Of a DNA stretch of 64,000 bases, positions 1 to 14,000 are shown piece after piece (position 1 is the stretch's first letter; each line of letters opens with the position of its first letter). The stretch is from assembly GCA_964016885.1 (NCBI GenBank), contig OZ024743.1, forward strand, positions 139,872,001-139,936,000, written 5' to 3'. The notes beneath the pieces were generated by a model that did not search any database, was not told where the DNA came from, and saw only the letters and a list, made by a program, of their open reading frames with translations. The position numbers and the translations under genes were made by a program. Origin of the DNA: Eledone cirrhosa. Its lineage: Eukaryota.

Positions 1-3000
1 ACCAAGCACCAAACACCAAGCACCAAGGACCAAACATCAAACACCAAGCACCAAGCACCAAACACCTAACACCAAGCACCAAGCACCAAGCACCAAGCAC
101 CGAACACCAAGCACCAAACACCAAGCACCAAACACCAAGCACCAAGCACCAAACACCAAGCACCAAACAACAAGCACCAAGCACCAAGCACCAAACACCA
201 AGCACCAGGCACCAAGCACCAAACACCAAGCACCATGCACCAAGCACCAAGCCCCAAACACTTAACACCAAGCACCAAGCACGAAACACCAAGCACCAAA
301 AACCAAACACCATGCACCAACTACTAAACACCAAGCACCAAGCACCAAACACCAAGCACCAAGCACCAATCACCAAACACCAAGAACCAAGCACCAAATA
401 CCAAGCACCAAGGACCAAGCAACAGGCACCAAGCACCAAGCACCAAACACAAAACACCAAGCACCAAGCACCAAGCATCAAACACCAAGCATCAAACACC
501 AAACACCAAACACCAAGCACCAAACACCAAGCACCAACCACCAAACACCAAACCCCAAGCACCAACACCAAGCACCAAACACCAAACACCAAGCACCAAA
601 CACCAAACACCAAGCACCAAGCACCAAACACCAAACAACAAGCACCAGGCACCAAGCACCAAACACCAAACACCAAGCAAACAGCATCAAAGACCAAGCA
701 CCAAGCACCAAACACCAAACACCAAGCACCAAACACCAGCCGCCAAGCACCAATCACCAAACACCAAACACCAAGCACTAAGCACCAAACACGAAACAAC
801 AAGCAGCAGGCACAAAGCACCAAGCACCAAGCACCAAACACCAAGCACCAAGCAGCAAGCACCAAACACCAAGCACCAAGCACCAAGCACCAAGCACCAA
901 GCACCAAACAGCAAGCACCAAGCACCAAACACCAAGCACCAAGCACCAAGCCCCTAGCACCAAACACAAAACACCAAGCAAAAAGCACAAAACACCAAGC
1001 ACCAATCACCAAACACCAAACACCAAGCAGCAAGCAGCAAGCACCAAACACCAAACACCAAGCACCAAGCACCAAATACCAAACACCAAGCACCAAGGAC
1101 CAAACATCAAACACCAAGCACCAAGCACCAAACGCCTAACACCAAGCACCAAGTACGAAGCACCAAGCACCAAACACCAAGCACCAATCACCAAACACCA
1201 AGCACCAAGCACCAAACACCAAGCACCAGGCACCAAGCACCAAAAACCAAGCACCAAGCACCAAACACCAAGCACCAAACACAAAGCACCAAGCACCAAA
1301 CACCAAACCCCAAGCACCAAACGCCAAACCTCAAGCACCAAGCACCAAACACTAATCACCAAGCACCAAGCACCAAACAACAAGCACAAAGCACCAAGCA
1401 CCAGGCACCAAGCACCAAGCACCAAACACTAATCACCAAGCACCAAGCACCAAGCACCACACAATAAGCACCAAGCACCAAACACCAAGCACCAAGCACC
1501 AAACACCAACCACCCAGCACCAAGCACCAAACACCAAGCACCAAACACCAAACACCAAACACCAACCACCAAGCACTAAGCACCAAACACCAAGCACCAA
1601 GCACTAAGCACCAAACACCAAGCCCCAAGCACCAAGCACCAAATACCAAACACCAAGTACCAAGCACCAAACACCAAGCACCAAGCACCAAGCACCTAGC
1701 ACCAAACACCAAACACCAAGCACCAAGCACCAAACACCAAGCACCAATCACCAAGCACCAAACACCAAGCAGCAAGCAGCAAGCACCAAACACCAAACAC
1801 CAAGAACCAAGCACCAAGCACCAAGCACCGAACACCAAGCACATTACACAAAGCACCAAACACCAAGCACCAAGTACCAAACACCAAGCACCAAACACCA
1901 AGCACCAAGAACCAAGCAGCAAACACCAAGCACCAGGCACCAAGCACCAAACACCAAGCACCATGCACCAAGCACCAAGCCCCAAACACTTAAAACCAAG
2001 CACCAAGCACCAAGCACCAAGCACCAAACTCCAATCACCAAAAACCAAACACCAAGCACCAAGTACCAAACACCAAGCACCAAGCACCAAACACCAAGCA
2101 CCAAGCACCAATCACCAAACACCAAGAACCAAGCACCAAACACCAAGCACCAAGCACCAGGCACCAAGCACCAAGCACCAAACACAAAACACCAAGCACC
2201 AAGCACCAAGCAGCAAACACCAAGCATCAAACACCAAACACCAAACACCAAGCACCAAACACCAAGCACCAAGCACCAAACACCAAACACCAAGCACCAA
2301 GCACCAAGCACCAAACACCAAACACCAAGCACCAAACATCAGATACCAAGCACCAAGCACCAAACACCAAACACCAAGCATCAAGCACCAAACACCAAAC
2401 AACAAGCACCAGGCACCAAGCACCAAACACCAAACACCAAGCACCAAGCACCAAACACCAAACACCAAGCATGCAGCATCAAACACCAAGCACCAAGCAC
2501 CAAGCACCAAACACCAAGCACCAAGCACCAAACACCAACCACCAAACACAAAGCACCAAGCACCAAACACCAAGTACCAAGCACCAAACACCAAACACCA
2601 AGCACCAAACACCAAACCACAAGCACCAAACACCAAACCCCAAGCACCAAGCACCAAACACTAATCACCAAGCACCAAGCACCAAACAACAAGCACCAAG
2701 CACCAAGCACCAGGCACCAAGCACCAAGCACCAAACACCAAGCACCAAACACCAAACACCAAGCACCAAGCACCAAGCACGAAGCACCAAACACCAAGCA
2801 CCAAGCACTAAGCACCAAACACCAAGCCCCAAGCAGCAAGCACCAAACACCAAACACCAAGCACCAAGCACCAAACACCAAGCACCAAGCACCAAGCACC
2901 TAGCACCAAACACCAAGCAGCAAGCAGCAAGCACCAAAGACCAAACACCAAGCACCAAGCACCAAACACCAAGCACCAAGGACCAAACATCAAACACCAA

Positions 3001-5600
3001 GCACCAAGCACCAAACACCTAACACCAAGCACCAAGCACCAAGCACCAAGCACCGAACACCAAGCACCAAACACCAAGCACCAAACACCAAGCACCAAGC
3101 ACCAAACACCAAGCACCAAACAACAAGCACCAAGCACCAAGCACCAAACACCAAGCACCAGGCACCAAGCACCAAACACCAAGCACCATGCACCAAGCAC
3201 CAAGCCCCAAACACTTAACACCAAGCACCAAGCACGAAACACCAAGCACCAAAAACCAAACACCAAGCACCAACTAATAAACACCAAGCACCAAGCACCA
3301 AACACCAAGCACCAAGCACCAATCACCAAACACCAAGAACCAAGCACCAAACACCAAGCACCAAGGACCAAGCAACAGGCACCAAGCACCAAGCACCAAA
3401 CACAAAACACCAAGCACCAAGCACCAAGCATCAAACACCAAGCATCAAACACCAAACACCAAACACCAAGCACCAAACACCAAGCACCAACCACCAAACA
3501 CCAAACCCCAAGCACCAACACCAAGCACCAAACACCAAACACCAAGCACCAAACACCAAACACCAAGCACCAAGCACCAAACACCAAACAACAAGCACCA
3601 GGCACCAAGCACCAAACACCAAACACCAAGCAAACAGCATCAAAGACCAAGCACCAAGCACCAAACACCAAACACCAAGCACCAAACACCAGCCGCCAAG
3701 CACCAATCACCAAACACCAAACACCAAGCACTAAGCACCAAACACGAAACAACAAGCAGCAGGCACAAAGCACCAAGCACCAAGCACCAAACACCAAGCA
3801 CCAAGCAGCAAGCACCAAACACCAAGCACCAAGCACCAAGCACCAAGCACCAAACAGCAAGCACCAAGCACCAAACACCAAGCACCAAGCACCAAGCCCC
3901 TAGCACCAAACACAAAACACCAAGCAAAAAGCACAAAACACCAAGCACCAATCACCAAACACCAAACACCAAGCAGCAAGCAGCAAGCACCAAACACCAA
4001 ACACCAAGCACCAAGCACCAAATACCAAACACCAAGCACCAAGGACCAAACATCAAACACCAAGTACCAAGCACCAAACGCCTAACACCAAGCACCAAGT
4101 ACGAAGCACCAAGCACCAAACACCAAGCACCAATCACCAAACACCAAGCACCAAGCACCAAACACCAAGCACCAGGCACCAAGCACCAAAAACCAAGCAC
4201 CAAGCACCAAACACCAAGCACCAAACACAAAGCACCAAGCACCAAACACCAAACCCCAAGCACCAAACGCCAAACCTCAAGCACCAAGCACCAAACACTA
4301 ATCACCAAGCACCAAGCACCAAACAACAAGCACAAAGCACCAAGCACCAGGCACCAAGCACCAAGCACCAAACACTAATCACCAAGCACCAAGCACCAAG
4401 CACCACACAATAAGCACCAAGCACCAAACACCAAGCACCAAGCACCAAACACCAACCACCCAGCACCAAGCACCAAACACCAAGCACCAAACACCAAACA
4501 CCAAACACCAACCACCAAGCACTAAGCACCAAACACCAAGCACCAAGCACTAAGCACCAAACACCAAGCCCCAAGCACCAAGCACCAAATACCAAACACC
4601 AAGTACCAAGCACCAAACACCAAGCACCAAGCACCAAGCACCTAGCACCAAACACCAAACACCAAGAACCAAGCACCAAGCACCAAGCACCGAACACCAA
4701 GCACATTACACAAAGCACCAAACACCAAGCACCAAGTACCAAACACCAAGCACCAAACACCAAGCACCAAGAACCAAGCAGCAAACACCAAGCACCAGGC
4801 ACCAAGCACCAAACACCAAGCACCATGCACCAAGCACCAAGCCCCAAACACTTAAAACCAAGCACCAAGCACCAAGCACCAAGCACCAAACTCCAATCAC
4901 CAAAAACCAAACACCAAGCACCAAGTACCAAACACCAAGCACCAAGCACCAAACACCAAGCACCAAGCACCAATCACCAAACACCAAGAACCAAGCACCA
5001 AACACCAAGCACCAAGCACCAAGCACCAGGCACCAAGCACCAAGCACCAAACACAAAACACCAAGCACCAAGCACCAAGCAGCAAACACCAAGCATCAAA
5101 CACCAAACACCAAACACCAAGCACCAAACACCAAGCACCAAGCACCAAACACCAAACACCAAGCACCAAGCACCAAGCACCAAACACCAAACACCAAGCA
5201 CCAAACATCAGATACCAAGCACCAAGCACCAAACACCAAACACCAAGCATCAAGCACCAAACACCAAACAACAAGCACCAGGCACCAAGCACCAAACACC
5301 AAACACCAAGCACCAAGCACCAAACACCAAACACCAAGCATGCAGCATCAAACACCAAGCACCAAGCACCAAGCACCAAACACCAAGCACCAAGCACCAA
5401 ACACCAACCACCAAACACAAAGCACCAAGCACCAAACACCAAGTACCAAGCACCAAACACCAAACACCAAGCACCAAACACCAAACCACAAGCACCAAAC
5501 ACCAAACCCCAAGCACCAAGCACCAAACACTAATCACCAAGCACCAAGCACCAAACAACAAGCACCAAGCACCAAGCACCAGGCACCAAGCACCAAGCAC
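1..5600 (+). repeat. Tandem higher-order duplication, period about 2.95 kb (about 1-2720 vs about 2954-5590)
   Basis: Identical ORF translations at 37..261 and 2990..3214 (offset 2953) and near-identical ones at 1006..1425 and 3952..4371 (2946). The offset drops to 2862-2869 further right through whole-unit losses. Both copies share the 6-bp unit CACCAA (560, 3513) and the variants CAAACAG-CATCAAA-GACCAAG and TACGAAG. Confidence 0.9.
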
Positions 5601-8215
5601 CAAACACTAATCACCAAGCACCAAGCACCAAGCACCAAACACAAAGCACCAAGCACCAAACACCAAGCACAAAGCACCAAACACCAAACACCAAGATCCA
5701 AAGACCAAGCACCAAGCACGAAGCACCAAGCACCAAACAATAAGCACCAAGCACCAAACACCAAGCACCAAGCACCAAACACCAACCACCCAGCACCAAG
5801 CACCAAGCACCAAACACCAAGCACCAAACACCAAACACCAAGCACCAAGCACCAAGCGCCAAGCACCAAACACCAAGCACCAAGCACTAAGCACCAAACA
5901 CCAAGCCCCAAGCAGCAAGCACCAAACACCAAACACCAAGCACCAAGCACCAAGCACCAAGCACCAAGCACCAAGCACCAAACACCAAACACCAAGCACC
6001 AAGCAGCAAGCACCAAACACCAAGCACCAAGCACCAAGCACCAAGCACCAAACAGCAAGCACCAAGCACCAAACACCAAGCACCAAGCACCAAGCCCCTA
6101 GCACCAAACACAAAACACCAAGCAAAAAGCACAAAACACCAAGCACCAATCACCAAACACCAAACACCAAGCAGCAAGCAGCAAGCACCAAACACCAAAC
6201 ACCAAGCACCAAGCACCAAATACCAAACACCAAGCACCAAGGACCAAACATCAAACACCAAGCACCAAGCACCAAACGCCTAACACCAAGCACCAAGTAC
6301 GAAGCACCAAGCACCAAACACCAAGCACCAATCACCAAACACCAAGCACCAAGCACCAAACACCAAGCACCAGGCACCAAGCACCAAAAACCAAGCACCA
6401 AGCACCAAACACCAAGCACCAAACACAAAGCACCAAGCACCAAACACCAAACCCCAAGCACCAAACGCCAAACCTCAAGCACCAAGCACCAAACACTAAT
6501 CACCAAGCACCAAGCACCAAACAACAAGCACAAAGCACCAAGCACCAGGCACCAAGCACCAAGCACCAAACACTAATCACCAAGCACCAAGCACCAAGCA
6601 CCACACAATAAGCACCAAGCACCAAACACCAAGCACCAAGCACCAAACACCAACCACCCAGCACCAAGCACCAAACACCAAGCACCAAACACCAAACACC
6701 AAACACCAACCACCAAGCACTAAGCACCAAACACCAAGCACCAAGCACTAAGCACCAAACACCAAGCCCCAAGCACCAAGCACCAAATACCAAACACCAA
6801 GTACCAAGCACCAAACACCAAGCACCAAGCACCAAGCACCTAGCACCAAACACCAAACACCAAGCACCAAGCACCAAACACCAAGCAGCAAGCACCAAAC
6901 ACCAAACACCAAGAACCAAGCACCAAGCACCAAGCACCGAACACCAAGCACATTACACAAAGCACCAAACACCAAGCACCAAGTACCAAACACCAAGCAC
7001 CAAACACCAAGCACCAAGAACCAAGCAGCAAACACCAAGCACCAGGCACCAAGCACCAAACACCAAGCACCATGCACCAAGCACCAAGCCCCAAACACTT
7101 AAAACCAAGCACCAAGCACCAAGCACCAAGCACCAAACTCCAATCACCAAAAACCAAACACCAAGCACCAAGTACCAAACACCAAGCACCAAGCACCAAA
7201 CACCAAGCACCAAGCACCAATCACCAAACACCAAGAACCAAGCACCAAACACCAAGCACCAAGCACCAAGCACCAGGCACCAAGCACCAAGCACCAAACA
7301 CAAAACACCAAGCACCAGGCACCAAGCAGCAAACACCAAGCATCAAACACCAAACACCAAACACCAAGCACCAAACACCAAGCACCAAGCACCAAACACC
7401 AAACACCAAGCACCAAGCACCAAGCACCAAACACCAAACACCAAGCACCAAACATCAGATACCAAGCACCAAGCACCAAACACCAAACACCAAGCATCAA
7501 GCACCAAACACCAAACAACAAGCACCAGGCACCAAGCACCAAACACCAAACACCAAGCACCAAGCACCAAACACCAAACACCAAGCATGCAGCATCAAAC
7601 ACCAAGCACCAAGCACCAAGCACCAAACACCAAGCACCAAGCACCAAACACCAACCACCAAACACAAAGCACCAAGCACCAAACACCAAGTACCAAGCAC
7701 CAAACACCAAACACCAAGCACCAAACACCAAACCACAAGCACCAAACACCAAACCCCAAGCACCAAGCACCAAACACTAATCACCAAGCACCAAGCACCA
7801 AACAACAAGCACCAAGCACCAAGCACCAGGCACCAAGCACCAAGCACCAAACACTAATCACCAAGCACCAAGCACCAAGCACCAAACACAAAGCACCAAG
7901 CACCAAACACCAAGCACAAAGCACCAAACACCAAACACCAAGATCCAAAGACCAAGCACCAAGCACGAAGCACCAAGCACCAAACAATAAGCACCAAGCA
8001 CCAAACACCAAGCACCAAGCACCAAACACCAACCACCCAGCACCAAGCACCAAGCACCAAACACCAAGCACCAAACACCAAACACCAAGCACCAAGCACC
8101 AAGCGCCAAGCACCAAACACCAAGCACCAAGCACTAAGCACCAAACACCAAGCCCCAAGCAGCAAGCACCAAACACCAAACACCAAGCACCAAGCACCAA
8201 GCACCAAGCACCAAG
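3770..8215 (+). repeat. Tandem higher-order duplication, period 2198-2247 bp (314-321 units)
   Basis: ORF pairs 4082..4273/6280..6471 (offset 2198) and 4825..5610/7072..7857 (2247). GATC markers at 5695 and 7942 are also 2247 apart. Confidence 0.9.
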
Positions 8216-9439
8216 CACCAAGCACCTAGCACCAAACACCAAACACCAAGCACCAAGCACCAAACACCAAGCACCAATCACCAAGCACCAAACACCAAGC
8301 AGCAAGCAGCAAGCACCAAACACCAAACACCAAGCACCAAGCACCAAACACCAAGCACCAAGGACGAAACATCAAACACCAAGCACCAAGCACCAAACAC
8401 CAAACACCAAGCACCAAACACCAAATACCAAACACCAAGCACCAAGGACCAAACATCAAACACCAAGCACCAAGCACCAAACACCTAACACCAAGCACCA
8501 AGTACCAAGCACCAAGCACCAAACACCAAGCACCAATCACCAAACACCAAGCACCAAGCACCAAACACCAAGCACCAGGCACCAAGCACCAAAAACCAAG
8601 CACCAAGCACCAAACACCAAGCACCAAACACAAAGCACGAAGCACCAAACACCAAACCCCAAGCACCAAACACCAAACCTCAAGCACCAAGCACCAAACA
8701 CTAATCACCAAGCACCAAGCACCAAACAACAAGCACAAAGCACCAAGCACCAGGCACCAAGCACCAAGCACCAAACACTAATCACCAAGCACCAAGCACC
8801 AAGCACCACACAATAAGCACCAAGCACCAAACACCAAGCACCAAGCACCAAACACCAACCACCCAGCACCAAGCACCAAACAACAAGCACCAAACACCAA
8901 ACACCAAACACCAACCACCAAGCACTAAGCACCAAACACCAAGCACCAAGCACTAAGCACCAAACACCAAGCCCCAAGCACCAAGCACCAAATACCAAAC
9001 ACCAAGTACCAAGCACCAAACACCAAGCACCAAGCACCAAGCACCTAGCACCAAACACCAAACACCAAGCACCAAGCACCAAACACCAAGCACCAATCAC
9101 CAAGCACCAAACACCAAGCAGCAAGCAGCAAGCACCAAACACCAAACACCAAGAACCAAGCACCAAGCACCAAGCACCGAACACCAAGCACATTACACAA
9201 AGCACCAAACACCAAGCACCAAGTACCAAACACCAAGCACCAAACACCAAGCACCAAGAACCAAGCAGCAAACACCAAGCACCAGGCACCAAGCACCAAA
9301 CACCAAGCACCATGCACCAAGCACCAAGCCCCAAACACTTAAAACCAAGCACCAAGCACCAAGCACCAAACTCCAATCACCAAAAACCAAACACCAAGCA
9401 CCAAGTACCAAACACCAAGCACCAAGCACCAAACACCAA

Positions 9440-10780
9440 GCACCAAGCACCAATCACCAAACACCAAGAACCAAGCACCAAACACCAAGCACCAAGCACC
9501 AAGCACCAGGCACCAAGCACCAAGCACCAAACACAAAACACCAAGCACCAAGCACCAAGCAGCAAACACCAAGCATCAAACACCAAACACCAAACACCAA
9601 GCACCAAACACCAAGCACCAAGCACCAAACACCAAACACCAAGCACCAAGCACCAAGCACCAAACACCAAACACCAAGCACCAAACATCAGATACCAAGC
9701 ACCAAGCACCAAACACCAAACACCAAGCATCAAGCACCAAACACCAAACAACAAGCACCAGGCACCAAGCACCAAACACCAAACACCAAGCACCAAGCAC
9801 CAAACACCAAACACCAAGCATGCAGCATCAAACACCAAGCACCAAGCACCAAGCACCAAACACCAAACACCAAGCACCAAACACCAACCACCAAACACAA
9901 AGCACCAAGCACCAAACACCAAGTACCAAGCACCAAACACCAAACACCAAGCACCAAACACCAAACCACAAGCACCAAACACCAAGCACCAGGCACCAAG
10001 CACCAAGCACCAAACACTAATCACCAAGCACCAAGCACCAAGCACCAAACACAAAGCACCAAGCACCAAGCACCAAACACCAAGCACCAAGCACCAAACA
10101 CCAAGCACCAAGCACCAATCACCAAACACCAAGAACCAAGCACCAAACACCAAGCACCAAGCACCAAGCACCAGGCACCAAGCACCAAGCACCAAACACA
10201 AAACACCAAGCACCAAGCACCAAGCAGCAAACACCAAGCATCAAACACCAAACACCAAACACCAAGCACCAAACACCAAGCACCAAGCACCAAACACCAA
10301 ACACCAAGCACCAAGCACCAAGCACCAAACACCAAACACCAAGCACCAAACATCAGATACCAAGCACCAAGCACCAAACACCAAACACCAAGCATCAAGC
10401 ACCAAACACCAAACAACAAGCACCAGGCACCAAGCACCAAACACCAAACACCAAGCACCAAGCACCAAACACCAAACACCAAGCATGCAGCATCAAACAC
10501 CAAGCACCAAGCACCAAGCACCAAACACCAAACACCAAGCACCAAACACCAACCACCAAACACAAAGCACCAAGCACCAAACACCAAGTACCAAGCACCA
10601 AACACCAAACACCAAGCACCAAACACCAAACCACAAGCACCAAACACCAAGCACCAGGCACCAAGCACCAAGCACCAAACACTAATCACCAAGCACCAAG
10701 CACCAAGCACCAAACACAAAGCACCAAGCACCAAGCACCAAACACCAAGCACCAAGCACCAAACACCAAACACCAAGATC
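9440..10780 (+). repeat. Local tandem duplication of 665 bp (95 units)
   Basis: Identical ORFs 9454..9684/10119..10349 and 9576..9821/10241..10486. The CATCAGATACC and GCATGCAG markers each repeat at +665. Confidence 0.9.
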
Positions 10781-11045
10781 CAAAGACCAAGCACCAAGAA
10801 CGAAGCACCAAGCACCAAACAATAAGCACCAAGCACCAAACACCAAGCACCAAGCACCAAACACCAAACCACAAGCACCAAACACCAAGCACCAGGCACC
10901 AAGCACCAAGCACCAAACACTAATCACCAAGGACCAAGCACCAAGCACCAAACACAAAGCACCAAGCACCAAGCACCAAACACCAAGCACCAAGCACCAA
11001 ACACCAAACACCAAGATCCAAAGACCAAGCACCAAGAACGAAGCA
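10620..11045 (+). repeat. Local tandem duplication, offset 238 bp (34 units)
   Basis: CCACAAG at 10631 and 10869; GATCCAAAGACCAAGCACCAAGAACGAAG at 10777 and 11015. Confidence 0.85.
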
Positions 11046-14000
11046 CCAAGCCCCAAGCAGCAAGCACCAAACACCAAACACCAAGCACCAAGCACCAAGC
11101 ACCAAGCACCAAGCACCTAGCACCAAACACCAAACACCAAGCACCAAGCACCAAACACCAAGCACCAATCACCAAGCACCAAACACCAAGCAGCAAGCAG
11201 CAAGCACCAAACACCAAACACCAAGCACCAAGCACCAAACACCAAGCACCAAGGACGAAACATCAAACACCAAGCACCAAGCACCAAACACCAAACACCA
11301 AGCACCAAACACCAAATACCAAACACCAAGCACCAAGGACCAAACATCAAACACCAAGCACCAAGCACCAAACACCTAACACCAAGCACCAAGTACCAAG
11401 CACCAAGCACCAAACACCAAGCACCAATCACCAAACACCAAGCACCAAGCACCAAACACCAAGCACCAGGCACCAAGCACCAAAAACCAAGCACCAAGCA
11501 CCAAACACCAAGCACCAAACACAAAGCACGAAGCACCAAACACCAAACCCCAAGCACCAAACACCAAACCTCAAGCACCAAGCACCAAACACTAATCACC
11601 AAGCACCAAGCACCAAACAACAAGCACAAAGCACCAAGCACCAGGCACCAAGCACCAAGCACCAAACACTAATCACCAAGCACCAAGCACCAAGCACCAC
11701 ACAATAAGCACCAAGCACCAAACACCAAGCACCAAGCACCAAACACCAACCACCCAGCACCAAGCACCAAACAACAAGCACCAAACACCAAACACCAAAC
11801 ACCAACCACCAAGCACTAAGCACCAAACACCAAGCACCAAGCACTAAGCACCAAACACCAAGCCCCAAGCACCAAGCACCAAATACCAAACACCAAGTAC
11901 CAAGCACCAAACACCAAGCACCAAGCACCAAGCACCTAGCACCAAACACCAAACACCAAGCACCAAGCACCAAACACCAAGCACCAATCACCAAGCACCA
12001 AACACCAAGCAGCAAGCAGCAAGCACCAAACACCAAACACCAAGAACCAAGCACCAAGCACCAAGCACCGAACACCAAGCACATTACACAAAGCACCAAA
12101 CACCAAGCACCAAGTACCAAACACCAAGCACCAAACACCAAGCACCAAGAACCAAGCAGCAAACACCAAGCACCAGGCACCAAGCACCAAACACCAAGCA
12201 CCATGCACCAAGCACCAAGCCCCAAACACTTAAAACCAAGCACCAAGCACCAAGCACCAAACTCCAATCACCAAAAACCAAACACCAAGCACCAAGTACC
12301 AAACACCAAGCACCAAGCACCAAACACCAAGCACCAAGCACCAATCACCAAACACCAAGAACCAAGCACCAAACACCAAGCACCAAGCACCAAGCACCAG
12401 GCACCAAGCACCAAGCACCAAACACAAAACACCAAGCACCAAGCACCAAGCAGCAAACACCAAGCATCAAACACCAAACACCAAACACCAAGCACCAAAC
12501 ACCAAGCACCAAGCACCAAACACCAAACACCAAGCACCAAGCACCAAGCACCAAACACCAAACACCAAGCACCAAACATCAGATACCAAGCACCAAGCAC
12601 CAAACACCAAACACCAAGCATCAAGCACCAAACACCAAACAACAAGCACCAGGCACCAAGCACCAAACACCAAACACCAAGCACCAAGCACCAAACACCA
12701 AACACCAAGCATGCAGCATCAAACACCAAGCACCAAGCACCAAGCACCAAACACCAAACACCAAGCACCAAACACCAACCACCAAACACAAAGCACCAAG
12801 CACCAAACACCAAGTACCAAGCACCAAACACCAAACACCAAGCACCAAACACCAAACCACAAGCACCAAACACCAAGCACCAGGCACCAAGCACCAAGCA
12901 CCAAACACTAATCACCAAGCACCAAGCACCAAGCACCAAACACAAAGCACCAAGCACCAAGCACCAAACACCAAGCACCAAGCACCAAACACCAAACACC
13001 AAGATCCAAAGACCAAGCACCAAGAACGAAGCACCAAGCACCAAACAATAAGCACCAAGCACCAAACACCAAGCACCAAGCACCAAACACCAACCACCCA
13101 GCACCAAGCACCAAGCACCAAACACCAAGCACCAAACACCAAACACCAAGCACCAAGCACCAAGCGCCAAGCACCAAACACCAAGCACCAAGCACTAAGC
13201 ACCAAACACCAAGCCCCAAGCAGCAAGCACCAAACACCAAACACCAAGCACCAAGCACCAAGCACCAAGCACCAAGCACCAAGCACCTAGCACCAAACAC
13301 CAAACACCAAGCACCAAGCACCAAACACCAAGCACCAATCACCAAGCACCAAACACCAAGCAGCAAGCAGCAAGCACGAAACACCAAACACCAAGCACCA
13401 AGCACCAAACACCAAGCACCAAGGACCAAACATCAAACACCAAGCACCAAGCACCAAACACCTAACACCAAGCACCAAGCACCAAGCACCAAGCACCGAA
13501 CACCAAGCACCAAACACCAAGCACCAAACACCAAGCACCAAGCACCAAACACCAAGCACCAAACACCAAGCACCAAGCACCAAACACCAAGCACCAGGCA
13601 CCAAGCACCAAACACCAAGCACCATGCACCAAGCCCCAATCCCCAAACACTTAACACCAAGCACCAAGCACCAAACACCAAGCACCAAAAACCAAACACC
13701 AAGCACCAACTACTAAACACCAAGCACCAAGCACCAAACACAAGCACCAAGCACCAATCACCAAACACCAAGAACCAAGCACCAAACACCAAGCACCAAG
13801 GACCAAGCACCAGGCACCAAGCACCAATCACCAAACACAAAACACCAAGCACCAAGCACCAAGCAGCAAACACCAAGCATCAAACACCAAACACCAAACA
13901 CCAAGCACCAAACACCAAGCACCAAGCACCAAACACCAAACACCAAGCACCAAGCACCAAGAACCAAACACCAAACACCAAGCACCAAACACCAAACACC

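Larger units (their letters stand above)
8150..13070 (+). repeat. Higher-order duplication, offset 2891 bp (413 units): about 8150-10090 vs about 11040-12980
   Basis: Identical ORF translations 8226..8774/11117..11665 and 8705..9376/11596..12267. The private variant GACGAAA occurs near 8363 and 11254. Confidence 0.9.
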
